DNA from: Octopus sinensis
Lineage: Eukaryota
NCBI RefSeq assembly: GCF_006345805.1
Contig: NC_043000.1
Location: forward strand, 7,936,001-8,000,000
Reading direction: 5' to 3'
DNA length: 64,000 nucleotides
Below are positions 26,121 through 39,197 of this stretch, piece after piece. Below the pieces are notes generated by a model. That model made no database searches. It saw only the letters and a list, made by a program, of their open reading frames with translations, and was not told where the DNA came from. Made by a program: the position numbers and the translations under genes. Position 1 is the stretch's first letter; each line of letters starts with the position of its first letter.

Positions 26121-26934
26121 ACTACACGTGTCTTTACAAATATATTTTGAGAACACTTCCACCCTCACTACTGGTACATAGTTTTATTCTTGAACAAGCC
26201 TACTTTTGCTTTATGCTTCAATCTATCTTCCAGAAAAATAAGTACCATTTCCACTTTATATATGAACAGCTGATGCTAGAAAAGGCACCGAATCATAAAA
26301 ACACCTGTTCTAATATTGCAAACCTACTCTCGACATTTGCCATCAAGATATGAATGTAGATACCAAATCTGAAGTGTTTTCTTTTAAGTTTTCTGGTTAT
26401 TGCTAGTCACTACGGAGTTACTCCAGGATCAATAAGTACTTGACAAGAGACTTGCAACAACATTAATTTCATTCAAATGTCTAAATATCTATTGTTGCAT
26501 CTCTCCTCCTCTACTCCTCATAACATAATAACATATGGTAAACATCAATAAATATTCAATAGAAGCCATGTAAACCAAAAATTGGGGATGATTTTTAGAG
26601 CAGACTACAGAATTTGTACATTCTTAAAAGAGAAACGTTTTAGCTTTTTATTTTTTTCTCGAAAAAAGAATAAAAAAAATATTGCATTTCTGAGTGGCTT
26701 TCTGTCTGTAACTTAAATTTTGGCTCAAGGCAACAACATTTTACGAATTACAAATGAAATTTTATTGAATTGAATTGAATGAGTAGACGTTGCTTTGCAT
26801 ACTAAATAATTACCTGTTGTAAATGGCAGCACGTCTTTAAGATGTTTCCTTGGTAAGTGTTTAGTTGTTTACTGTGTAACATATAAAATTCAAAATCAAA
26901 TGTTTAACTGCCATAAGAATAAGAAGGGACAAAC

Positions 26935-27006
26935 TTGCAGTAATTTGTAAAGATTGCCTTTCATTTGTATCCAAGTACATCTCTCTTCCTCATCGAGACG
27001 GTCATA
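26935..27006 (-). CDS. Candidate 72-nt exon (YDRLDEEERCTWIQMKGNLYKLLQ)
   Basis: Textbook acceptor tctactttctcactttcag, donor caa|gtttgt, open frame, phase 0 to 0, protein-like composition. Confidence 0.45.
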
Positions 27007-27069
27007 CTGAAAGTGAGAAAGTAGACTGTCATTAATTAGCATTAGATCGTTATCATAATAAATGTTCCT

Positions 27070-27310
27070 ACCATCATCACCACGACCACCACGACCACCA
27101 CCATGACCACGACCACCACGACCACCACCACAACCACCACCATGGCCACCACTACAGCCACCACCACGACCACCACCATGGCCACCACTACAGCCACCAC
27201 CACGACCACCATCACAGCCACCACCATGACCACGACCACCACGACAACCACCACGACCACCACCACGACCACCACCATCGCCACCTCCACGACCACCACC
27301 ACCACCACCA
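27070..27310. repeat. Degenerate (ACC/ACG)n tract
   Basis: Visible directly in the sequence. Confidence 0.95.
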
Positions 27311-27449
27311 ACTCTGCTATATTTACATGGCAACAAGATGAATTAAGGTGCACAGAATTTAACTAATCTGTCTTCACATAAAATTTAAGGCATGAATTGT
27401 TCAAAATACTTTGTTAACACACACACACACACACACACCACACCACATG

Positions 27450-27489
<40 letters not shown>

Positions 27490-27649
27490 CATGCACATAT
27501 GTGTATGTGTAGGCAAATATGTCTATACATGTGTATGTGTTTGTGGGTCTGCATATTTTGTGTACGTGTATTTCAACCGATGATCACAGTTGCATGAAAC
27601 TTGACATGCAAGAATAAGAATTCGTTTGATTAAACAGCACGCACTCTCA

Positions 27650-28826
27650 TGTATTGAGTACTCTCTCAGTTTTTTTTTTTTTTTGCTTCTTTTTATTTTT
27701 CAGAAACTGCTTGATGTATGAGTGAGCAGTTAACAGCACTAGAGAGCATAAATGTTAAAGTTGCAGTTGAGAAAAAGTTAGCTGAAAAGGAGGACTGGAA
27801 TCCATCTGAATATTGAAAAAGAGTTACCTATTTCTTTATTGCTCACAAGGGTCTAAACATAGAGGGGACAAACAAAGACAGACAAAGGGATTAAGTCGAT
27901 TACATCGACCCCAGTGTGTCGTAACTGGTACTTAATTTATCGACCCCGAAATGATGAAAGGCAAAGTCATCCTCGGCAGAATTTGAACTCAGAATGTAAC
28001 GGCAGACGAAATACAGCTACGCATTTCACCCGGCGTGCTAACGTTTCTGCCAGCTCGCTGCCTTAATATTGAAAAACATTTACCTGTATCATGATGATTT
28101 GCACTGGGTATCAAAGTGCTGATGTCATAACTTTTTACTCACTGCTTTGTGAACACTGTACAGGCTGTAAGACATAAGATGGACAGTTGCAACAGAGACT
28201 ACGAAGACATGAAAAGCAGGAAGGGACACAACAGGCATTCTGACTGTGTCTGCATGCTGAAACTCATCCAACAACTGTTGAACAGAGCCTTAGATTCAAT
28301 TCAGATAGCTGTGTGAAGCTGCTGGAAGCTTTGGTAAAATCCTGGCTGGAGAAGGTTGCTGCTTGAAGGCCAGATGTGTGATAGCAGTATTCAGCTCCTT
28401 GTCATACATCCAGAAAGAGTCAGAAATGGCTGTCAGAGAAATTCTACTTCACCAGCCCCAATTTCTGATCTCCTAATTGTAATCTCATGGATTGTAATTA
28501 TAATCTCATGGATTGTAATCTTAATTTCTAATCTCCCAATTATAATCTCATGGATTTACTATGTGTGGGATGCAGGCAGGATGAGAAATATACCAACTTC
28601 TCTGCTTGCAACACCAAAGCAGGGCTGCTAACCAAGATGAAGGTGATGTTCCTCTGGACTTCCTATAGATACAGTGAGGAATGAATGTGCCAGGTTTCAA
28701 AGCTGTCTTGAAGCTGTGGTTGAAGCTGAGGGTGGCTACTTAGAATAAACTGTTATCTCCAAGCCATAATCTAGTTCAGTTCTTTGATTTTTCAAAATAT
28801 TTTTATTTTTGGATAGGATACTGTTT
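27650..28826 (+). mobile_element. Internally deleted DD37D/maT-type Tc1-mariner relic, interrupted by a SINE
   Basis: Collinear with the 61807-62560 element. Remnants of NSPDCNLMDYYVW and LEAVVEAEGGYF; end atttttggataggatactgt. Confidence 0.7.
27830..28064 (-). mobile_element. SINE family B with a 21-bp target-site duplication
   Basis: Flanked by aatattgaaaaagagttacct (27809-27829) and aatattgaaaaacatttacct (28065-28085). Confidence 0.88.
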
Positions 28827-28909
28827 TATTTTCCTTTTATTCAAACTGTCAAATTTAGCCTTGAACACCTTGTCTGCTATATTTATTAGTATCTAATTTT
28901 GTGTTGTGA

Positions 28910-29418
28910 CCCCCTTCGGTCATGAATGACCATGGGATTGCACTTAGAAAGTTACTCTCCGAGGCACAAATCTGGGCAAGGTTGTTTATGGAAGACCAGC
29001 AGTCGCCCAAGCATACCGGCCTCCCCTCTCCACGCCACCAGTGTTATCCAAGGGAAAGGCAAAGGGGCCAATACAGTTTGGCACCAGTGACGTCGCAGCT
29101 CATTTATTAACATGCAAATGGCTGAGCACTCCACAGACACATGTACCCTTAACGTTGTTCTCGGGGAGATTCAACGTGACACAAAGTGTGACAAGGCTGG
29201 CCCTTTGAAATGCAGGTGCAACAGAAACAGGAAGAAAGAGTGAGAGAAAGTTGTAATGAAAGAGTACAGCAGGGATCACCACCACCCCTGCTGGAGCCTG
29301 GTGGAACTTTAGGTGTTTTCGCTCAATAAACACTCACAATGCCCGGTCTGGGAATTGAAACCATGATCCTACGACCGCGAGTCCACTGCCCTAATCATTG
29401 GGCCATTGCACCTCCACA
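28910..29418 (-). mobile_element. SINE family C, long variant
   Basis: Reverse complement of the family C head (gtggaggtgcaatggcccaatgattagggcagtggactc) and tail (catgaccgaagggg). Confidence 0.8.
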
Positions 29419-30844
29419 GTATCTAATTTACAGTAGATGATTTACTACCAAATATTGTTTATATTGTTTATGCATTTGTTTGCAAGATTCTTGATGTGAA
29501 AACTTATGTTGAGATAGATGTTGTTATTGTTGGGGATGGTCATCTTATGTCCATTAAACACATGCACTATTTATTTGATATTCACTTTTGTTTTATTAGA
29601 ATAGTTTTTTTTAGTTTATTTGTCCTTTTAATAAACTAAAAAAATACTGCTAAAACTAAAGTGAAGATCAAATAAATAGTGCAAGTGTTTAATGGGCAAA
29701 AAATGACCACCCCCAAGTATAACATTATTTATATCCATTATTCCATATCAAATGTTGCATTTAAGATTGATGTTTGTGATTCATGATTCAGTTACAAGCA
29801 TTTGGTTTGTATATTTCTAAGCAGTGTTAGATTATTTTTTCCTAAGGCGTTTTGACATTGTCAGAAGTAGTGATCATGCATTAAGTTATTGAAACTACAT
29901 TGATATCTGGGAAGCAGCTGATGAGGGAAGTTCCTTGATTGAGTTAAACATGTTTTCATTCTCATGTTAATGTCTCTGCTCATTGTCGCTCTTCTTAGAT
30001 TATTTGGTTCCTCCATAGAGTGTGTTACAGGTTTTAGATATAATGAGCTGTTTTGTTAATAGTTATCCTTTAAGGAGGTTGGAAAGTTGTTACATAATGT
30101 ATATGAAGCAATAAGGAGTCTCCTGAATTCCATTTTCTTTCTCTTGTATCTTTTATAAACTCCAAGAACATAAACGAATTCCTGAAGTGTGTATATATTT
30201 ATACATATATTTATTATTAAATACATACAGACAGACAAACACACGCACATACACACACACACATGCATATGTCTATATATATGTATATGTATAAATATAG
30301 TATGCATGTATAATGTGCGTACCTGTGTGTCTGTTAGAAATGTACTAATAATTGATTTCTATTTGTTAATTTCTAAATTTCTAATTATGCTTTCAACTTG
30401 CTGTTTTCAAATTAGAGCAAATCCACTCACGATTTATCAAAACACACACACACACACACACACACATTGCACATGCATTCACACATAGACATGCACACAA
30501 ACACCATGATGCACACTCACATGCATGCATATGAAAGTGCACAAACACACGTGCTCACGCATGTTTGTATATAGTTATACATGGCTCAAAGAAAGGTGAC
30601 AACAATATACAGAAATCTCAGCCATTTCTTACCAATACACAAGTTAACACTTGGTTGAAGATGAGGTGTGATGATGATGATGGTGATGATGATGATGATG
30701 ATGATGGTGATGGTGATGATGATGATGATGATGATGATGGTGATGGTGATGATGATGATGATGATGATAACAACATCATCAACGACGATGAAAATGATGA
30801 TGATAAACTATATATATATATAAATATGTGTATTCATATATATG

Positions 30845-31165
30845 TCATCATCATCATCATCATCATCATCATTCGCTTAACGTCCGTTCCATGCTAGCAT
30901 GGGTTGGACGGTTCAACTGGGGTCTGGGAAGCCCGAAGGCTGTACCAGGCCAGTCAGATCTGGCAGTGTTTCTACAGCTGGATGCCCTTCCTAACGCCAG
31001 CCACTCCGTGAGTGTAGTGGGTGCTTTTTATGTGCCACCGACACAGGTGCCAGACGAGGCTGGCAAACGGCCACGCTCGGATGGTTTTTTACGTGCCACC
31101 AGCACAGGCAAGGCGGCAGGCCAGTCGGATGGTGTTTACGTTGCCACCAGCACGGAGGCCACGAT
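30845..31165 (-). mobile_element. RTE 3'-UTR module (family D)
   Basis: (cat)n...cttaacgtccgttccatgctagcatggg...gatgcccttcctaacgcc. Confidence 0.85.
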
Positions 31166-31257
31166 ATATATGTACATATATATATATATACATAATATAT
31201 ACGTATATGATATGTATGAGTTATATATATATATATATGTACATACATATATCATAT

Positions 31258-31630
31258 AGGTGCAAAAGTGGGTGTGTGGTAAGTCCTTGCTTACCAACCA
31301 CATGGTTCTGGGTTCAATCCTACTGCATGGCACCTTGGGCAAGTGTCTTCTACTATAGCCTCGGGCTGACCAAAGTCTTGTGAGTGGATTTGGTAGATGG
31401 AAAGTGAAAGAAGCCCATTGTGTATATATATATAGATATATGTATGTGTGTGTGTTTGTGTGTCTGTGTTTGTCACCCCCACCATCACTTGACAACTGAT
31501 GTTGGTGTATTTGCATACCTGTAACTTAGCAGTTTGGCAAAAGGGACTGATAGAATAGCTTACAACTTAAAGGTGGTGCTCCAGTATGGCTGCAGTCAAG
31601 ATGACTGAAACAAATAAAAGAATAAAAGAA
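31258..31630 (+). mobile_element. SINE family A
   Basis: Head, body and tail are all recognisable. Confidence 0.8.
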
Positions 31631-32153
31631 TTCATATATCACATAGATGAAATATTGCTGAAAGTGAAGATATAAATTGTAGACAGAAAATTGCTTCTAA
31701 AGGAAGATTTTTTTCAAAGTATATTTATTCTCTGCTGAGACTGACTGAATCATGCAGACAGCTTAAAATATATCAGAAAAAAGAAAAGAAAAAAAATGAA
31801 ATAATAGAAATAAAATGAAACAAAATAAATAAGTCCAAAAAGATGGTGATTGCTTATTATCTGCTCTTTATTTAGTAACTAAATAAAATATACCTACGTA
31901 TAAACATACATATATATCTGCATATATATATAGGAGTGTGTGCATATATATTTAGGTATATCTATGTGTGTGTGTATGTATACACACACACACACACACA
32001 CTATATACATATGTGTGTATGTCTGTGTGTGCATATACTTGTATGTGTATATAATTACACTTACATGTATATACACTCATATGCATACACATGAGTGTGT
32101 GTGAGTGTGAATGTATGTGTATATGCACATATATATATCCATATATAGATAGT

Positions 32154-32220
<67 letters not shown>

Positions 32221-33965
32221 TATATCTATGTGTGTGTGTGGTGTGTGTGTAATATATGTATTAATATATATTTATATATATATGTGTGTGTGTGTTATGT
32301 ATATATATATATATATATATATATAATGGAGTTCATGAGTTGTATGCCATGAGGAGAAGTAGAAATTGGATTTTGATTTTTACACAAGCATACACACACA
32401 CAATCATGTGTGTGTGTGTATGTATGTGCATGCCTGTGTGTGTGTGTGCATGTGTACATTTATTCAAAGTTTACCACAGGGTGCAATAGATGTAGATAAG
32501 TCCAGAATGATAATATGATCAATTGTTAAGTAAAGAAAATGATTATAAAGAAAATCATTCAAGTATACATATTAAAAAAAATATTCACATACATTTACTT
32601 TTCCCTGGACATATTCATGCTTCTGGAAACATATGTATGTAACTGTATGCATACGATTTGGTACTTTCTTCAGAAAGTCGCAAAAGCGAAATTGTTCGAA
32701 GTATATATGTTTTATATAATTTTATTGTTTATAGAGTCTTGCAGCTAATATGAAGCATGACTAATCTGTTTCATAAACAAAGCTGAAATATCCCAAACTT
32801 TGAAAATCATCTCCTTTCCATCCATACATCACAGCAAAATGTTCTTTAAATCCTTTGATGTAATATTTAAAACACTGCTCAGGAGTTATGAGTTAATAAA
32901 TATTTCTTAAAGATAAAAGTTTCTATGGCAACACACAGTTGTTCTTGTATGCTGTCATACAAACTTTCATCTGTTATTTTATTTCCTTGTTTCATTCATT
33001 AGACTATGGCCATGCTGGGGCACCACCTCAAAGGGTTTTAGTCTAAGATATCAAACCCAGTACTTTTTTTTTTAAGCCTAATACTAATCCTACCTATTTG
33101 AAGACTATGGAAATATTTAAACAACATTTCAATATAGAGACATAAGGAGAGGGACAGGGTTAGTTGGGGAGGAGGGGGGGAGTGGTCAAGGAACACATGG
33201 GCGGAAGCTGTGCGATGGGTTTTGACTAGCATAGTGGAACAAGACGCTAGTGTTGATAATATTTATTCTTTGATAATTAAGAATAGGCTTGGAGAGAAAA
33301 GGTAAATCTAAAATCACATATTATAAGATATATATATAAAGAGATAGATAGATACATATATTATATATATATATATATATTATATATATTGTATGTATAT
33401 CTATGGATGTATATATATGTATATATTTGTGTGTGTTTGTGTGTGTGTTATATATATATATATATATAGATATTATATCTATATATTTATAGAGCTAATT
33501 TCAACTATTTTCCTTTAAGTTTTTTATCATGTATAGCTAGGTTGTCTGAAGTGAAATCAGAGAAATGTTTCTGTCTTATAATCATGAAGTAATACCAATT
33601 TCAGACACTGAATTCATGATATCTGTATCAGTAGACAAGCACTTTATTACCTTGTCTTGTGATCGTGCATCTTATGGCTGCCTGCTTTTATAAGTTTTGT
33701 TACTGTACCCTTTTCAGTTTTAAGTTCTAGTCAGTCTCCAAACTACTCTGATTTTTATGCCACCTGCTGGGTTAATAAAATATCAGTAGAAGTCTAATCA
33801 CAAATAACTCAATGTGACTGTATATACATACCTCCATAAACATGCATACAAAGTATGTTTGAAAAGTGTATGTCTGTGTATATGTTTGTGAGTGTGTGCG
33901 TGTGTGTGTGTATGTGTGTGGTGTGTGTGTGTGCGTATGTGTATGTGTGTATGCATGTATGTATA

Positions 33966-34530
33966 TATGTGGGTGAGTCAAAAATTATATGCACTGTTGT
34001 TTTTTCAATGTATTTACACCAAAGCAGGAGATAAGCAAGTCCCTCATTTTTCTACATAGTCTCCTTCCTTTCCAATGCGCTTGGTCCAGGGGTCCACAAG
34101 TGCTTGCATATCCCTTCCTTTTTGGTTGGTTGTACAACCATTTATGCACCACTTTCTTCACATCTCCATGCATAGGAACTCGACAACCTTGTAAATCATC
34201 CTTGAGCAGTCCAAAGATATGACAGTTGGAAGGGGTGAGATCTGGGCTGTAGGAAGGGTGTTCCAGCGCCTCAAAACCCAATTGCTTAATGGCCTCAAAG
34301 GTCTGAGTAGCTGTGTGTGGGCGTGCATTGTCAGGCAACAACAAAACTTTCTTTGACACTTGGCTTTGTTGTTTGGTGTGAATTGCTGGCTCCAGTTTGT
34401 TGGCCAGCAAACCACTGTACTTTGCACTGTTCATTGTACACTGCTTTTCCAGAGACATTGGATCAACGCTCTTTGTTCTTCTTTGCTGCACATTGCTACT
34501 GGAGCAGCCATACTTACTCTGTAAAGCCAG
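33966..34530 (-). mobile_element. Internally deleted mariner element
   Basis: TIR tatgtgggtgagtcaaaaattat at 33966. N-terminus MAAPVAMCSKEEQRALIQCLW (ATG at 34511) joined to the catalytic part NSAKY...LLPDNARPH...HPSYSPDLTP. Confidence 0.88.
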
Positions 34531-34639
34531 AAAGAAAAATGTCATGATCAAACTCAGACTTTCTTCTTTCTTTCTCTTTCTTTCTTTCTTTCTATTTATC
34601 CATCTATCTATCCATCTATCCATCTATCCATCCATTCAA

Positions 34640-34737
<98 letters not shown>

Positions 34738-34779
34738 CTCTATATATCTATTATAATCACCATCATCATTGTTTGACAT

Positions 34780-35070
34780 CCACTTTCCATGCTGGCATGG
34801 GTTAAATGATTTGACAGGAGTCGGCCAGGTAGAAGACTATATCAAGCTACTGTGTCAGTCTTGCCATGGTTTTTACAGCTGGGTGCCCTTCCTAACACCA
34901 ACCACGCCACAGAGTGGACCAAGTGCTTTTTTACATGGCACCAGCACAGGTGAGGTCAGTTTTGGAATGGTTTTTACAGCTGGGTGCCCTTCGAAATGCC
35001 AACTGCTTTACAGTGTGGGCAGGATGCTTTTTACATGGCTTCAGCACTGGCAGGGTCACCAAGTAACTTG
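34780..35070 (-). mobile_element. RTE 3'-UTR module (family D), diverged
   Basis: tgacatccactttccatgctggcatggg...cagctgggtgcccttcctaac. Confidence 0.7.
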
Positions 35071-35204
35071 CAAGACAAAGATCTTTAAAAGGGGAGGGGG
35101 CATTACAGGAGATGATTTTGTGTCAGATGATTGAAGGTTGGTGTGATAGAGAGACAGAGATGCAGAAACAGGCGTCCTTTTGACTTGGTTCCACAGCTCG
35201 GTAC

Positions 35205-35329
35205 TTCTCCTAATGGCAACTGCTTTATCAGGTGTGCTGGTTGCATTTATCACGGTTCCAGCATAGGTGGGTTTGCCTTGTCCTCCATGAGAGTAAAATG
35301 TCTTCGTTACTTTAAAATGTATGTATCCA
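35205..35329 (-). CDS. Candidate 125-nt exon (GYIHFKVTKTFYSHGGQGKPTYAGTVINATSTPDKAVAIRR)
   Basis: GC-richer unique segment with a long open frame. Acceptor catgttgcttttag; weak donor gaa|gtaccg. Confidence 0.25.
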
Positions 35330-35362
35330 CTAAAAGCAACATGACTGAAAATGTGAATTGTG

Positions 35363-35400
<38 letters not shown>

Positions 35401-35860
35401 AATGGCTGAAGAAGACATAGAACAAGTGTATAATGACAGAAACCAAGTAATTGGATTGGTGGTGGGAGAGAGAAGAGGAGAGAGAGAGTAGTGAAGAATA
35501 ATGGAAGTGGTCAATGGAAAGGATGGTAGCTATCAATAATTGGTGGCCTGTGTGAGAGTGAGTGATGACAGACCTCATATGTCACAGAATTTGGTTGCTT
35601 TAGTTTTCATTCTGCTGTTGTCAGCAAGATAATGACCAGTAATATAATGGGGTTTGATTCTATTAACTATCTGTCTTGTATCAAAGCTAGCATTGTGTCT
35701 CAAAATTAAAAAATCCAAATAAAAAAATCAAATGCGCTAACAATAAATAAAATGGAAATTGAAAGATAAAATTAATGATTTTCTTCTCATCATCATTATC
35801 AGCAGCAACATCATCATCATCATTGTCATCATCATCGTTATTATTATTGTCATCCCTCTT

Positions 35861-35892
<32 letters not shown>

Positions 35893-36104
35893 AGTATCAT
35901 CATCATCATTATGGTTGCCATCATCGGCACTACCAAACTAATCACCACCATCATCATCATTATCATCATCATCAGTGTTGTTGTCATTAACGTCATCAAC
36001 TTAATCTTAACCATCATCATCATCATCATCATCATCATATAATGATCAAATTGCTTAATTTAGAGTTTGATGCCATTAAATTCTATTTTGGCTCTGTATC
36101 ATTA

Positions 36105-36545
36105 GCTTGCCCTTTCCTTCTTTCCTTTTCTCTCCCCCCTCTCTCTCTATCCCTTTTACTCTTTCGCACTCTCTTCGTAGTTTGTCCTTCCTTCTTCTTC
36201 TTCTAACCCACTCACTCTCTATTTCCACATCCTTTTCTCTTGCTTCCTCTCTCTATTTCCTCTTTTCACAAACTTCTCTTCCTCCCTCTTTTGCTTTTAT
36301 TGTAATCCCCTCATTCTTAAGTATCTTAAATCTGTCATTCAGCCTTTTCCTCTTCCCTTCACTCACCACTTCTTTCCTCCTTCCCTCTTTGTTTCTGTCT
36401 CTACCTCTCTGTCTATCTTTTCTGTTTCTATCTTTTCTGTCTCTCTCTCTTTTCTCCCTCTTCTTTCCATTCCTTAACAGATTTCTCTTCCTCTTCCTTG
36501 TTCTATTTTTTCTCACTTTTTCTTCCACTCATTTTCTTCCTTTGA
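36105..36545. repeat. Polypyrimidine/polypurine tract of about 440 bp
   Basis: Plus strand is overwhelmingly C/T. Confidence 0.9.
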
Positions 36546-36632
36546 CTACATACATACATATATACATATATACATACACACAAACTTATGACACACATAC
36601 ACACACACACATATATATACATAAATATATGA

Positions 36633-36672
<40 letters not shown>

Positions 36673-37275
36673 CATACGTACATACCTGTGAGTATGTGTT
36701 GCATTCTTCACTATGTATGTGTGTGTGTGTATAGACATCCAGATTTATGTATGTATATATATATATAGAATATACATACATATATATTTATATATAGACA
36801 TATGCATACATACATACATACATACATACATATAGACATCTAGATATAAATAGACAAACACACATATGTATATGTGTATATATACATAAGACCTCCTATC
36901 GACCAAAATAATTAACCGTGTCTGAACTCTTCTGACCAAGTTACTTCTCATTACACCAAACTCCATCCCACACAACTCCACACCTATCTCCAATATTCCT
37001 TGCTGTCAGTCTGTGATGGTTCCTTTCTTGTTCTCTTTCATTTTGCCCCTCTCCTTTGCTTCATTTCCACCCCATCCATTCTCTTCCTCATTCAATATGA
37101 TACTAAAACCATCATACACAACGGACAATGTTGATTTAGTTACCTAAACAACAAAATAATAAAGATTGTCTTCATTATCACCTTTATCAGACAACCGCCC
37201 ACTATTTAAACACTAGAGATATCATCCTTGACTTACAGACCTTGGTTTTTTCCATCGTCATTATCAAGAACAAAA

Positions 37276-37492
37276 CGGCGATGAGCTGGCAGAATAGTTA
37301 GCACACTGGATATAATGCTTCATAGCATTTCTTTGAGCTCTTAATGTTCAGGGTTCAAGTTCTGCCAAGGTCAACTTTGTCTTTCCTCCTCTCAAATTCT
37401 GAAAAATAAGTACCAGTTGAATAATGAGGTTGAAGTTATTGATTAGTCCCCTATCTTAAAATTTCAAGCTTTGTGCCTATAGTAGAAAGAAT
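37276..37492 (+). mobile_element. SINE family B
   Basis: ggcgatgagctggcagaatagttagc...aataagtaccagttg...tgtgcctatagtagaaag. Confidence 0.75.
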
Positions 37493-37639
37493 TAATGACC
37501 TTAGGATGTTGAACTTTTCAGGAAAGATGACAAAGGACTGAGATGGCTGATTTCTTGCTGTACTCAAGTACACCTGTGCTCCACAGCAGAAGTGTTGAGG
37601 CTGGTCCCCCTAGTGGAGAGAATTGGCCTGCAAGAGTTC

Positions 37640-38085
37640 TGTGCAGGTGCCGCATTAAAAGCACTCATGCTGTTGCCACATAAAAGTGCCTGTTGGGTGT
37701 CATGTAAAAGCACCTGTGTGGCATTAAACTATGCTATGTAAAAGCACCTGTGTGGTGCCATGTAAAAAGCTCTCATGCTTGTTTCTTGTAAAAGTGCCTG
37801 TATGGTGTCATATAAAAGCACCTGTGTGACACCAAACAAAAGCACCCTTATGGTGCCATGTAAAAGCACCTCTGTAGTGCTATGTAAAAGTACCTGTGTG
37901 ATGACAAATAAAAGCACCCATGCTATGCAATGTAAAAGCATCCAGCACACTCTCTAAAGTTATTGGCGTTAGGAAGGGCGTCTGGTCATAGAAACCTTGC
38001 CATATCGGACTGGAGCCTGGTGCAGCTCTCCAGCTTACCAGCTCTGGTTAAACTGTTCAGCCCATGGACAATGGGTGTTAAATGA
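37640..38085 (+). mobile_element. RTE 3'-UTR module with an expanded 21-25-bp minisatellite
   Basis: About 12 copies of (tg)taaaagcacc..., then ggcgttaggaagggc and a tgatga tail. Confidence 0.75.
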
Positions 38086-38131
38086 TCATGACAATGATGA
38101 TATATTCATACACACACACACACATGCACAG

Positions 38132-38176
<45 letters not shown>

Positions 38177-38204
38177 CACACAAACATCAATATCATTATT
38201 ATCA

Positions 38205-38519
38205 TCATCATCATTTAATGTCCGTTTTCTATGCTGGAATTGGTTGGATGGTTTGACTGGAGACCGGCAAGCCAGTAGACTGTGCCAGACTCTAATCTGA
38301 TCCAGCAAGGTCTCTACAGCTTTGATGCCCTTCCTAATGCCAACTACTCCAAGAGTATAGTGGGTGCTTTTCATGTGCCACCGGCACAGGAGCCAGTCAG
38401 GCGACACTGGCATCAACCATTTTCAGATGGTGCTTTTTACATTCCACTGGCACAAGAGCTAGTCGGGAGGGAGCAGGGAATGGCATTGATCACATCCAGA
38501 TTGTGCTTTTTGTGCCACA

Positions 38520-38525
<6 letters not shown>
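38205..38525 (-). mobile_element. RTE 3'-UTR module (family D)
   Basis: catcatttaatgtccgttttctatgctgg...gatgcccttcctaatgcc. Confidence 0.8.
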
Positions 38526-38560
<35 letters not shown>

Positions 38561-39197
38561 TATATAGATACATACATACATATATACAGACATACATATA
38601 TATATTTATACACACACACATGTATATGCATGCTTGAACAGACACATACTGTATAATAAAACTATGTGAATTAAAAAATATGTGCACATAACACCCCCCC
38701 CCAATATAAAGCTTATGTTAATCATTTATTAATTATAGACATATGTAATTACAGGATATATGAACAAATTATCTGTTATTTATGTACTTTCTTACATACC
38801 TGCATGTATATACATATAACAAACTCATACAAAAATGTGTACATCTTATGTGTACATCAATTATGGAGCATGGTGACACGTGACACATTTTAGTCACATA
38901 AACTTGTGCCTATAATAGGCATATCCACCCCCTTAATTAGGTAATCATAATTACATACTCACAATTGTTATTTAATACACAATTTCACCTGCACGCCCAC
39001 TGAAACATGCATCTATACAAAGCACACTCAAAAACATACACACATTCATTCAGGCATACATACACATACATGCATACATACATACATACATACATACTAT
39101 ATATATATATGTATGTGTTTCTCTGTCTGTCTCTGTCTCTGTCTCTCTGTCTCTGTCTCTCTGTCTCTCTCTTTCTATATATATATATATATGTATA

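Noticed and set aside
26896-27336. Gly/Cys-rich ORF resembling a structural protein
   Set aside because: The Gly-rich part is an ACC-type microsatellite; only 26935-27006 is retained, as a candidate exon.
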